Source of the DNA: Macrostomum lignano
Taxonomy: Eukaryota
Length of the DNA: 64,000 bases
Assembly (NCBI GenBank): GCA_002269645.1
Contig: NIVC01001207.1
Span: 23,541 to 87,540 of the forward strand
Reading direction: 5' to 3'
Translations under genes and position numbers: made by a program
The notes under the pieces: generated by a model
Told to the model about the DNA's origin: nothing
Databases searched by the model: none
The model's input: the letters and a program-made list of their open reading frames with translations, nothing else
In this document: piece after piece, positions 12,338-24,274 of the stretch
Position numbering within the stretch: the first letter of the stretch is position 1
How the letters are laid out: the number at the start of each line of letters is the position of its first letter

Positions 12338-13290
12338 ATGCCACCAAAGAAAGTAGTGCCTACAGGCAAATTAACAAAGACAAAAAGTGCTTCAAATACT
12401 AGCAAACCAAAGACAAGGTCTACTACTAAAAACAAGGCAAATAGTCAGCAAGTGCCATTATCATCAGTTGCTACTAAACACTTGTGTCCATCTAAAAGTG
12501 CTAATAACAATGCTCAGCCAATCAAATCGGAGGTTGAAGCTCCTAAAATAGTAACTCAAACAAACCAGGAATGTGATTCAATTTCTGTTACAAATCCAGT
12601 AGACTATTCAAGGCCTAATCAATATCCAATTAACTCTTTACCAGTTGCTAGTCATCTTTTGCAACCTATTGAATCTATTCTAAGTACCAAGCTATGCAAA
12701 TTCAATTGCCGCCAATTCCAAAGCCAGTGCCATTTAATAGAAAAGAAAATTTTGCGGATTTCCTATGCCAGATTGAAAGCTACATCAGTAGGTTTTCAAA
12801 TTTAACTGAAGCAATTAAAATTCAAACTTTATCAGCATTCTTAGGATCAGCATTTAGTACTTATCGCTCGTGGCTCTCAACTATTTATGTAACGCATGGT
12901 GTGCCTGTCAACACTCCATTAGAAAATATTCCAAATGTCACTTTCTTGGAATGCACAGAATTTCTCCGAGGCCGCTATGGTGAGAAAAGCAATGTTGTTC
13001 TACGCCGTGAACTTAGAAATCTATCTAGGAAACCAACAAAGACATTTGAGCAATTTCTTACTGCTTTACAAAACCTGGCTATCCAGGCCTACCCAGATGC
13101 AATTGCTACTGAAGTTGTGCAAACCATGATCTTAGATCAGTTCATAACTGGCATCAACGACCTCAAGGTCATGGAGCATCTATCAAATCTCACCAACTTG
13201 GAGACAGCAGAACAGGCCTTGCAGATTGCACAACAAGTCCGTGAGACACAGCAACTCTTGGCAAAAGCACCAGTGAGTAGTCAGATATAA
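12338..13290 (+). mobile_element. Ty3/gypsy-type gag relic (two overlapping ORFs linked by a frameshift), no pol downstream
   Basis: A basic MPPKK N-terminus (12338-12805) overlaps 12694-13290, which has a retrotransposon gag capsid signature (FNRKENFADFLCQIE, FLRGRYG, ELRNLSRKPTKTFEQFLTALQNLAIQAYP, ILDQFITGI). Confidence 0.75.
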
Positions 13291-14595
13291 ATCTGAATCT
13301 GAACAGGATGTGTAAAAATTGCAGGAATCACATTAAGAAAGAAAAAAGAGGGATGTATAAAATTAAAGTAAAACAAAGCAGTAAAACAAAAAGAGTTTTA
13401 TATAAAAAAGTGGACTATTTTCATTGGCATTCGTTTCCTCTAAAAAACTATATGCGGGTTTAGCTGTCTCAAAAAAGATTTTTTGTCATCATAGAGTATG
13501 TTTTATGCAGCTTCAATCTTTTACGAAAAAACAGTTTTCAATCCTTTTACTTTACAGTTTACAACGTATGACTCGTCTTTGGTCAAGCATAGCATATCAG
13601 CGGCACCCAAAATAAAAAAGAAACTTTGCGTGCCATCTTCTTGAACCAATCTACGAGTATGATATAGACGATGTAAATAGGTGCCATCCATAAAAAAATA
13701 AAGGACAGCCATCAAATTATAGAAGGCCTGACTACATGTACATGTAAGTGTAGTGATGGAGTTAAATGCCTTCCTTCGCCCTCGAGCAGATAGTACAAGG
13801 ACAAGTAAACAAGTCATCCCTTGAGACCGTAATGCATGTACTCGGTTCATGAAACTATACACATAATTGAGTAAAAGTTAAACGAGATGTACAACAAATT
13901 AGCTTAATTTCCGTCTAGCTCTACGTACATGATATACCATATTACACGTAAACTCCCAGTTCATTCATACAAGATTTTTCAATGATTTTTCAAGATTAAA
14001 TTTTTATTTAATCATCGGCAAGAGATGTGAATTGCAATCACTATGCATACATCCGCTGCACAGGTGGTCAGATGCATTTTTTTATTAATCTGTGCGCAAA
14101 ATATACATTGTGTGTACAAAATATACAATCGATCATCAGCTCATGCATGCACACGCAATTTAAGGGAAAGAAAGATAATTATTATATATCTGATACAAAT
14201 ACATGATGTTTCAAGAACTAGCTACTAAAGTAGATAATGACCAAATGTATCTGCATTTCTTATTGTTGTCCTTTGGATTTTATTCGTATATAATATTTAG
14301 AGATAAAAACAGCTTTTATGGACTTTTTGGATAAAGTGGCAACCTTGAAAGTATCACAGTTGTTTAATTATTTGAGCAAGAGAGATGATCAATAATGAAT
14401 TTGTGGCAAAGCAGCACATTACATGTACAGGCGTATTTTACATTTATTCGAAGAATGGTTCGATCTATATGCACGCAAAACAAAACAAACAATGTTTTAG
14501 AACTCAAGCTTGAATAATACTGTCATAAAGAATGACAGGCAGATTTTCTCAAAAAGTGTTACTCCAACGTGATTGAAGAAATTATGGAATCAAAA

Positions 14596-15751
14596 TTAAT
14601 CGCCCAGACGAGCAAGCTGAATGTAGGTGCTGCGGTACAGGCTCTGCAGCGGGACGCGACTCTGAGGCGAGAATAGCCTGACTTTGTCTCCAACCTTCAG
14701 CCGCCGCAAGCCTTCGACAGAGCATTGGGTATAGGGTGCCGTCTGGCGTGGACCCGATGCACCGGTGCTGCTCACGGTGCACAGGAAAGCCAGGTGTTCG
14801 TCATTGATAGCAATGCCAAAGTGCACCTCCGCTGATTCGTGTAGGCGAATCGTGACCCGCATGATCATCATGTAAAAGCCCTCTTCGAGCACTTCAATTA
14901 TTCCAGTAGCCGGATGCAGCCTCAGCGCCCCTAGTTGATCGCAGTTGTTGGTCGAATTCGATGGATTAGACAGGTAGGCATCATCGACGCAGCGCAGAGG
15001 ATACAAAGTAGGTGCAACTGTGAAGCGTTGAAATTTATTAAATGATCAGTCTGAAGTCAGATAAAGTAATGTAAGTAATGCACGCTTGTAGTTACTTTGT
15101 ACAAAATGTTTTACCTGGAGTGATAAACGTTGATCTATTTCTGCACGGCTTCAGTCCAATGAGATCCTGGGTACATACTGGAACATCTTTTATATTCAGT
15201 GCCACATGGATCTGAAAATATATACGTGTATACATGTAAAAACCAAGGATGCAAACTGTTTCAATCTAGCAAGTCGTGAAACTCTTCAAACGTACATGTA
15301 CAGTATTTCAAGTCTGAAAACTAATACTACTCACCCATTGGATCTTACGCGAGGGCGTTGAAGGTGTTGTTCCAGTGACATCACCTGGGCCCGTCTGTTC
15401 TAGCTTCTTTAACACCGGACTGCCACCGCTTGCGGTCTGAGCATGGTGATCTTCGTGTAGATGCAGTCCGTAGGTACCGAATACCACCAGGCCAACAATC
15501 GCAACAAGTCCGAGAGTAATTGCGACTACAGCTATGATTAAAGAGTAATTTTGTTGCTTTCGCTTGAAGCGATTGGCGATTCGAGAAATACCAGATCCCG
15601 GTGGCTGACTGAAACTAGAAGCTTCCGTTTCTTCGTCAGTCATGCGGTTGATCATTGGATGGTTCTCCTTGCTAGCGTTCGGATCGTCTTGTTGAGATTC
15701 CATGTCAAGTTCAGAGCGGCTAAAATGGGAGCCTGCTTGAATTGGTTCCAT
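14596..15751 (-). CDS. TNF-superfamily ligand, type II membrane protein; exons 15751-15335, 15211-15115, 15017-14596
   Basis: TM segment LIIAVVAITLGLVAIVGLVVFG. TNF-homology strands WIHVAL, GIIEVLEEGFYMMIMRVTI, CSVEGLRRLKVGDKVRL and STYIQLARL. All four splice sites are canonical and phase-compatible (0, 1). Confidence 0.75.
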
Positions 15752-16539
15752 ATTTTTATTTATACTCAAAATTTGTAGAGAAAAAACCAACAGCCTTGTT
15801 TAGCTTGTACTAGAGCAGTGCTCGTGCTCATTAATATAGAGGCATGGGCATGCACACAGCTGTTGTACGCCTCGAATTTCAGTCGATCTCTTTCCTTTTG
15901 CGGCACTGTGCGCGAACACAACTAGGAATCTACCTCATGGCTATTTTTGTCAGGACACGAGCTCGTTTAGGATTCTCCGCGGTCGGTCCGCGGCCATTCA
16001 GAGGTAGTCCCGTGGAAACTATTAGTCAGGTTCCATGTTCATAATGTTTTTATTAAAGCAGCTATCTTCTGACTAATGCTTCTACTCGTGACGTCTGAAT
16101 GTACATTGTACTGTGAACGTGAAGTAAGAATTCACATAGGGCCTTGAGACTCTCTCTGTTGGCTTGCACTGCATGCTTTCGTACCTTTTAAATTGCACTG
16201 TGAATGACCTCGCTAATACTGTCAAAATTTTAATTGCATAGCTGAATCCGTATAGCGGACGTATTCTGTCGACAGTCTTTATCCCAACCTGGGCCCCAAA
16301 ACGCCCGGCCCCTGCGATCGACGACGCTGTTATATTTTACTCGTAACCTTCAGCGCATTTTTGTTGTTAGCAACATAGCATCACCTTAACCGAGTTACCA
16401 TAGACAAGATTTAGAAGAGGCTGTTCAGATGTAGAGGCTAACGAGTAGAGTTGCTAAGGTGTTACAGGGATGTGGTTAGGGTAAGGTTCAGCCACAAAAG
16501 AATCACCGTCAAGCATGAAAGGCTCATGAGGGAATTGAT

Positions 16540-17720
16540 AAGATGTCCTGATTCATTGGGGAAGGAATTTTTTAGTTTTCAAGGCTTATGGGGAAGTGTC
16601 ACTGAGATGTCAAGCCCCATGGTGGTATAACTGAAATGGTGTGGCTCATGAGAGAATTTTCCAGATGTAAAGACTCATTGGGGGGATCGCTGAAATGGTG
16701 TGGCTCTTAGCGCAGGGTTAGGGTTAAGGATAGGGTTGGTTCAACCATACATTTATCGCCCTGTCAACCATAGACGGCTCATGGGGGAATTGCCAAACAA
16801 TATGTCAAGGCTCATGGGGAATTGCCAAACAATATGTCAAGGCTCATGGGGGAATTGCCAAACAATATGTCAAGGCTCATGGGGGAATTGCCAAACAATA
16901 TGTTAAGGCTCATGGGGGAATTGCCAAACAATATGTCAAGGTTCAAGGCTCAATCTGGGGCGGTGGCGGAAGAGGGCCTCGAGCCCACTGAAGTCCCTGG
17001 CCAGGATAGGGAGGCCGATGCAGCCGGGAGGGTGGACAGCCCACCTGAGGAAGACTCCACCGACCCCCGGGCCTCCTACGCTGATGCGGCAAAGAGGCAA
17101 CCGGCGGTTGTCATTCTGGGGAAGGACGCGCGCCTGTCTCCCGACCAGCTGAAGCAGCAGGTGAGAGGTGCCTTTGATGGCCTCCTGTGGAAGCTAACTC
17201 TGAAGGGCACGCCTCTGAACATTTATTCGAATGCGACGAGGGACTCTATCTGCCACTGCCCGGTTTTCACCAGGGCCAGGCTCACTCACCTCGTGCCAAA
17301 CCCGGTTTTCTCCGACGTTTGCAGGCCCGAGAGCATCCGCGGCTCCCCCGGTACCTCAGGGACACCGGACGAGCTGAGTTCTTCCCCACCGTTGGTGAGG
17401 AGGACCGCGCTGCAGGCGAGACTGACGGGTCCCCCTGAGCGACATCATTTCAACGGAAGTCATTGGTCGCCAGGGGCTAGCGGAATGGGCGGTCTCCTCC
17501 GCCTCCTCGCTGCATCCGCCGGACGCCCCCTGCAGCTAAGTCAAGTAAGTCAAGGGGGAATCGCCAAACAATATGTCAAGGCTCATGGGGGAATTGCCAA
17601 ACAATATGTCAAGGCTTATGGGGGAATTACTAATATGCCAAGGTTCATTGGGGAATCGCTGAAATGCTGTGTCTCATGGGGAGAATTTTTTTAAGTGTCA
17701 AGATTTATGGAAGGGGAATT
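16540..17720. repeat. 33-nt minisatellite (aggctcatgggggaattgccaaacaatatgtca) with degenerate edges, interrupted by a LINE derivative
   Basis: Near-perfect copies at 16775-16952 and 17554-17640; decayed copies further out on both sides. Confidence 0.85.
16953..17553 (+). mobile_element. 600-bp composite non-LTR element: ORF1-like 5' part joined to the 3' end of the RNase H LINE family also present at 60529-61766
   Basis: 17247-17553 is nearly identical to 61459-61766, including the (taagtcaag)2 tail. 16953-17246 encodes an ORF1-like SYADAAK segment. Confidence 0.8.
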
Positions 17721-17959
17721 TAAATGCTATTTACAATTGCTTTAAGAAATTGACATTAGCGAATGTACAAGGTCAAAAACTTCATGCAGTTGATTCAAAG
17801 ATTTTTATTGATTCTCTGTTTCCTTCTCAATGGGGCGCAGATCGCTTGCAGTAGTACGTGTTTTTTTAAAATCTACAGCTAGTGTAGCTTACATGTGGCT
17901 TACTGTATGTGCATGTATATTACATGTACTTGTAAATTGTAAAACAGGGGCTGCTTTTT

Positions 17960-19380
17960 TTTAATGTCGGCTGACAATCCGGGGCATCCCGCTTGAACCT
18001 GAGCAATCCTTTGTGGGTTTTTGATGACGGTCGGGTTGCGGCTGGCTTCATTCAGTATAGGAATTTAAAAAAACATTCTTAGAGTTCCAGCTTGGAGAAG
18101 ATTTTTACGCCTGAAAAACCGCGTCGCAGAGCTCTTCCAGTGTAGTCGGCAAGAGATAATGGTCAGTCTTCAGCTGTGGTTTCCGTTCGGTTTGCTCCCA
18201 GGTGACCACCGGAGTCGTCTGTGCCCGCACTGCCTCTACCACCTCTGCTTCCTGCATCCGCAGCAGGTCGATCCGCCTCGATCTTGGACTTGGGGACGTA
18301 CGGCACGGAACTTGGGCTACGCGTCCTCTTGTAGCCGTAGCTTTTGGGGGAATTTTCCCAGGCCCGGCTTAAAAACGTCTGCGAACTCCTGCAGACGCTG
18401 TTGCTGCAGGGATGGCTGCAGGGGTGACCGGCGTGTCGGGCTCGGAAATGGAGAAGATCTCCTTCCAGTCCAGCCAGATGTCACTTAGCTACTTAAGGAC
18501 TATTAGCGCGCTCGCCCTCTCCAGGCTGATGATGATCAAAGGCAGCTGGCAGGTACTGCACTGCCACCTTTGCTGTCCTCGTGACCGGAATGCCCTCGCA
18601 GCAGTTACCTCTCTCTACTGCAGCCGTGACCGACCCATCTACTCCCCAGCACTGATGGTAACGAGGCTGACGCAGGCTCCGGTGTCCACCTAAATTCTCA
18701 GTGATCGCCCGTTGCTGAGCAGTTTGGCTCTCACATTCCTCTCCCTGCTGCTGCAAACCTGGGAGATATACCATATCAGATCTGGTGTTCATTGCTTTCC
18801 CTATGTCTGAGCTTCTCACTCCTCATTCTTGCCTTTACGGACCTGATGTACTTATAGTTCTTGCGGCCACTGAATTTCAAGTTGCGGTTACAGACAGACA
18901 CATGCAGTCTTCAAGTGGCCCAGCTTGCCGCAGGCGCGTGGCACTTTGTGTTCCGGTGCTGGCACTCAAGCCGACAGGTGCTTGCCTGGATCTGCAGCAC
19001 ATGCAGCGTCGTCGTAGTGAATTGGCCCCTCCAAACAGCTTGACCTCTATAACTTGGCACGCTAGTTGCTGGTCTTTATTTTGGCAATTTCTGCTGCCTG
19101 AGTGACCTCCTTCGCCTTCTCGAGCGTCAAAGTGCTGACAGTCGACGGTCGCTTCTGCACTTCCGGCTCCCGGAGTCCGCAGACGAAGCATGTAGTCTCG
19201 CAACGCGCGTCCTGCCGAAGTCGCAGGTCTCTGCCTGATTCTCGAAATCGGCTAAGAAACTGCTTAGCCGTCTTTCTTTATCTTAAGACCGCTTTTAGAA
19301 GAAGATATGTAGACTGCACACCCAGTTACTTCTCAAAAGGCTTGAATGTGCCAAATGCGGCCATCTTCGTCGTCTATCCA
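17960..19380 (-). mobile_element. Heavily degraded Ty3/gypsy gag-protease-RT relic
   Basis: Across frames: FVCGLRE...LTLEKAKEVTQAAE (gag), CGKLGHLKTAC (zinc knuckle), VDTGACVSL (aspartic protease), LDWKEIF, LLQEFADVFKPGLG, DHYLLP and THKGLLRFKR (RT start). Many stops and frameshifts. Confidence 0.75.
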
Positions 19381-19763
19381 TGTGGAGTATGTTTCAAATA
19401 ACGAAGGCCGAAGAAGAAGCTGTATCTTGGCTGTCATTTGAAGCCCTGCGATATTACACACTGTACAGCCTGTACTTGATCAATCGCTCCTCAAGGGGGG
19501 GGGGGGATCGAGGACTCTAAACAGGGCTCCGTAGTGCGTTCACTGCAGTTATATCACAAGCCGAAGCGAGAGGAAGCCGAATTCAAAGACAAATTGCAAT
19601 AATGAGCTGTGCGAAACAAAAAACACGAAGATCTCATGGCTGGGAAGTGCGCGAAAGTTAATTGCCAACCATGCATAGCTCAGCAAACTGCTAATTGTCT
19701 GGCTGGATGCATCCTTCCCCGAGACATTCACCACATGACTGATAATGCATGCATGCGTGCAGG

Positions 19764-21206
19764 GGGTCTATGAAATTTGCTAGCAGGAAATCTGCTAACC
19801 GAAGTTTGCTAGCGAGAAATTTGGTTGCCGAAATCTGCTAGCCGAAATCTGCTAGCCGAAGTTTGCTAGCCGAAATGTGCTAGACGAAACCTGCTAGCCG
19901 AAATCTGCTAGCCGAAGTTTGCTAGCGAGAAATTTGGTTGCCGAAATCTGCTAGCCGAAATCTGCTAGCCGAAATCTGCTAGCCGAAATCTGCTAGCCGA
20001 AATCTGCTAGCCGAAGTTTGCTAGCCGAAATGTGCTAGCCGAAATCTGCTAGCCGAAATCTGCTAGCCGAAATCTGCTAGCCGAAATCTGCTAGCCGAAA
20101 TCTGCTAGCCGAAATCTGCTAGCCGAAATCTGCTAGCCGAAATCTGCTAGCCGAAGTTTGCTAGCCGAAATGTGCTAGCCGAAATCTGCTAGCCGAAGTT
20201 TGCTAGCCGAAATGTGCTAGACGAAATCTGCTAGCCGAAATCTGCTAGCCGAAGTTTGCTAGCAGGAATTTTGCTAGCCGAAATCTGCTAGCGATAATCT
20301 AACCAAAACCGGTGAACAGCAATTTACGAACTTGTAATTTGCTAGATTCATTTTTTCTTGTCCAATTTCGCAAGAAACTTTGCAGGACTTATCATGCTGG
20401 ACAAATAAATGTGCGTTTTTCGCTCTAATGACTCTCTTTGTCGTGCTTATTAGCAGTGATCTGCAAATTGCAATATATAATAATAATTGCAGCCTGCATT
20501 GTTGTATCGTAAATAATGCAATTAAAAATTACTAAATCAGAAATTTCTTTGTAGCTAGCACTCGCATGACAAGAATCTGAATGTAATTTATATACAAAAT
20601 GTGCTTGTTAATTCTATTCTTCTTAACACCTTTTAAAATGTGGCTACTTTGGTCAAGATAAATTACCGATTTTCTTTTTTTAAGTGTTTAGAAAAAGGCC
20701 GATCGCGGGCTAAAATAAAATTATAAGTGTGCCCAACAATGCAATCATAAAATGTAGACATTTTGGCTTTTTACATCAATTTATCTAAACGTATCTATAC
20801 GCACAACTTTCAAGTCTTAATGGCTAGTAGTGGCAGTATATGGTACGAGCTATAAGTTATATATTTACTCGTACGAATCAAAGCAGCTCAAATCGGAATC
20901 AAAACACAGCAAATAACATGCAACAGCTACGAGAGCAAGGCAGCTAGCAAAATCCTTGCTAGCAAAATTCCTGCTAGCAGATTTCGGCTAGCAAAATCCT
21001 CGCTAGCAAAATTCCTGCTAGCAAACTTCGGCTAGCAGATTTCGTCTAGCACATTTCGGCTAGCACATTTCGGCTAGCAAACTTCGGTTAGCACATTTCG
21101 GCTAGCACATTTCGGCTAGCAAACTTCGGCTAGCAGATTTCGGCTAGCATATTTCGGCTAGCAAACTTCGGCTAGCAGATTTCCTGCTAGCAGATCTCGT
21201 ACTCCC
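19764..21206. mobile_element. Non-autonomous foldback-type DNA transposon with GGG...CCC termini and arms made of gctagccgaaatct repeats; 9-bp TSD
   Basis: Left end gggtctatgaaatttgctagcagg; right end reverse-complements to gggagtacgagatctgctagcagg. Flanks gcgtgcagg (19755-19763) and gtgtgcagg (21207-21215), one mismatch. Confidence 0.85.
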
Positions 21207-22311
21207 GTGTGCAGGTTGCCACTACAAAAACTTTTATATTGTCTTCATGCATGTATGGTTCTTACATGGCGCAATTGGCCCTTTATCAATAAGATGCTGA
21301 CTGAAACTATATATAGCTTACATTTTTCGCATTGATTAGACCTTTTATTAAATTTTTATTGCTAACTGATATCAGTTTGGGTGTTGAAGAAATTTTTTTA
21401 ATTTTAATTTTTAACGATAGTACATGTACATATGCAACATATTTAGGACACTACATTACACTAGCAGCTCCGTGGGTCTATAGTGATAATTTGAACCGCC
21501 CTGTACGGGACCGTCAAGTAAGGGACAAAAATGAAACTGTCCTTGGGAGTAAATCTTGTACATTTGGCTCAATCCGCTTGTAAACAGTAAAAACGAAGTC
21601 GTCTGCTAGCGAAGTATTACTTAATTTCTTGCACATTTCTGTTTTTATTCAAAAACCTATATCTGAAACTAGCAAAGAGAAGTAAATTATCAGATTGAAT
21701 ACAAATAATTTATCGTTTTTGTTTTATCCGTTGAATGATTAATGCGCTTTCTATTCTGGGTATATTTAAAATAATACATTTGGAGGGGAAGCACTTGTTT
21801 GGCGGATGCATGATTCATTCATCCATCCATCGTCCTAGTGGCTACGGTGAGAATCCTGACTTTTGGCTTAGTCCTCTAGCGTAAGTCCATATCAGAAATA
21901 CCACCTACAACTGATTCGTAGGTGCCTAAATTTTAATTGAAAACAGTTTTTGGACTTCTTGAACTTTAGGTAGATAAAATAGTTTTAATAGGATCATAAT
22001 TTTGTCTGTATATGGGTTTTTGTCTTGATAGTGCTGATTTCAAATTTGAGCTTCATTTTTTCGTAGCTTAAAGCCAACCACCAGGGCATAGGGAATGGGG
22101 GGTTTTAGGGTGGGGATAAACTTCAATAGAGTTATAGAGGCATGGGGGTCTATTGTAGATTAGGTAGATAAATTTGGAGACTAAGAGTGTCCAGGGGAAA
22201 ATTGTAATGCAGCTTAAATAAAAATTTCAGCAAGTTATCAAACACCTCCATGGAGAAAAATTATAATCTTATTAATCTAATTGATATCAGCAGCTGTAGT
22301 TACCTTTCAAA

Positions 22312-22676
22312 GGGATGCCATCAAAATGGCCACACGTGGAATAGCCACACAACAAAATGGCCACACCGTCAAAATGGCCACACGACAAAATGGCCACACG
22401 ATGTAATAATTTGTAATAATAAGAGATAAGAGAAGTGGAAGGTTGAATGTACATTTAAGTAGAAAGCTCCTAGCTCCTAACTTTTTAACTTTTGTGGTAA
22501 ATTTTACTTTGTGATACTTTGTGAACCATTTTAGCATTTTTTAACTTTCTTACATAACTATTTTAAATCTGCAACCCTTTTTGTTTTATGTGGCCATTTT
22601 GTCATGTGGCTGTTTTGATAGTGTGGCCGTTTTGACGTGTGGCCATTCCGCGTGTGGCCATTTTGATGGGCATCCC
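22312..22676. mobile_element. MITE with GGGATGCC...GGCATCCC termini and subterminal aaaatggccacac repeats
   Basis: gggatgccatcaaaatggccacacg at the left is mirrored by cgtgtggccattttgatgggcatccc at the right; flanked by duplicated (c)tttcaaa (7-9 bp depending on end assignment). Confidence 0.85.
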
Positions 22677-23293
22677 TTTCAAAATAGAGACGACAATGCA
22701 AATTAGGCCTAATAGAAATTAAGTTTAGGTAAACAAGTAAAATAATGTACAGCTAGTCACAACCATGAGAGAATGACACCAAATCAAAAGCAGGAGGTAA
22801 GGAAGGTGGCAAACCATGAATCAACATTTTAAAAACACTAATTTGATATGGCACTCTCATTGTACTATAACAAACTGAATGAAAAAAAATTAAAATAGAT
22901 TTTTTATGGGAGTTACAAATCTAACCCTCTAAATGTTTTTTAGAATGAATTCATTAAACTCTGGAAAATATTTACCTTGAAAAGTCATGATTCTAAAAAA
23001 AGCTTAATTTTCAAATAGGCCTACAATTCTCCAAAACTAGGCCTAACATAGGGGATTCAAAAATTGAGTTGAGCTCCTATTAACTTTGAATATAATTTTA
23101 TGCAGTTTTCTTTGCTTTATTATCATTTTGGATAGCCTCCAAGACTCTGGCAAAAAGTTTTAGAAAATCCAAAAATTGGAAATATTTTTATATATCTAAA
23201 GTTCAAGAAGTCCCTGTTTTTTTCCAATTTTATCACATTTTTTGTGTAGGTTCCCCAACAGATATTCACCAGACAGATATTTTTTTCTTCAGG

Positions 23294-23950
23294 CAAATAA
23301 TTTAAACAAAAAATGAATTCATATTTCAGGATACATTCCTTACTCTGATGCCATATTCAGCTTTAAAAATTTGTAAGCAGAAATTTTCTGTCCCAAAGAA
23401 AAAAAATTTGGCATGAATGCAAAGTGTGTCAAAAGATGAATTCATTGGCACCCTTTACAAACACATTTTGAAAGCAAATATCTTGGGAAATACAATAGGG
23501 AATCATGTGTCTAAGATGTCATTGCAAAGCTGAGACATATGTCAAGAAGTGATAGAAGTTCCATACTAAGGAAGGTAGAACATAAGAACACATTTCAAAC
23601 TTTTTGTTGATCAACAATCTTCAACCAAGATAAATCAAAACTTTGATTTATTGCTGCATCTTAATGCTTCAATCATTTGCTCTGAAACTTTTATCATTTC
23701 TTGAAATATGTCTCAGCTTTGCAATGACATCTTAGACACATGATTCCTTTTTGTATTTCCCAAGATATTTGCTTCCAAAATGTGTTTGTAAGGGGTGCCA
23801 ATGAATTCATCTTTTGACACACTTTGCATTCATGCCAATTTTTTTCCATTGAGACAGAAAATTTCTGCTTACAAATTTTTAAAGCTGAATATGGCATTAG
23901 AGTAAGAAATGTATCCCAAAACATGAATTCATTTTTGTTTGAATTATCTG
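23294..23950. repeat. Long inverted repeat (arms about 260 bp, spacer about 135 bp); probable foldback/MITE relic
   Basis: 23294-about 23555 is the reverse complement, with scattered mismatches, of about 23690-23950 (for example gtgtctaagatgtcattgcaaagctgagacatat / atatgtctcagctttgcaatgacatcttagacac). Confidence 0.9.
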
Positions 23951-23989
23951 TTCAGCATCATGTTACTTTTTGTTTAAATTATATATATA

Positions 23990-24274
23990 CTCAACAATAT
24001 TAAAAAGTCGCCAGTTTTGAGAGTACGCTTAAATAAATTCTAGCTCAGTATTGACTTTTGAGTGACGCAACTTGCACCACGCAACGCAGATTTGAGCTGG
24101 GTGAGGAGAGATTGGGAAGAGTGGAGGGCAAAGATTGGATAGATTGAAGCTTCTACCCAGTTTTCATAGTTTTTCAAGCATTTTTAATATCAAAATTGTT
24201 GCCCAGGTGATAGACTCTGGTTGAAAGACACTGCTCACTGGGGCAAAGGGTGGCAACTTTTCAATGTTGCTGAG
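23990..24274. mobile_element. TA-flanked MITE (Tc1/mariner-type) with about 25-bp imperfect TIRs
   Basis: tata|ctcaacaatattaaaaagtcgcca ... tggcaacttttcaatgttgctgag|tata. Confidence 0.7.

Noticed and set aside
13273-13645. Possible splice from the gag end (cca|gtgagt) to an acceptor near 13557
   Set aside because: It gives only a short peptide with no recognisable domain; both sites can occur by chance.
13521-13862. 113-aa minus-strand ORF as a second TNF-like remnant
   Set aside because: The similarity is too weak; no TM exon or convincing TNF strands.
16822-17694. 290-aa ORF as a real gene
   Set aside because: Chance read-through of 33-nt satellite units and the inserted LINE derivative.
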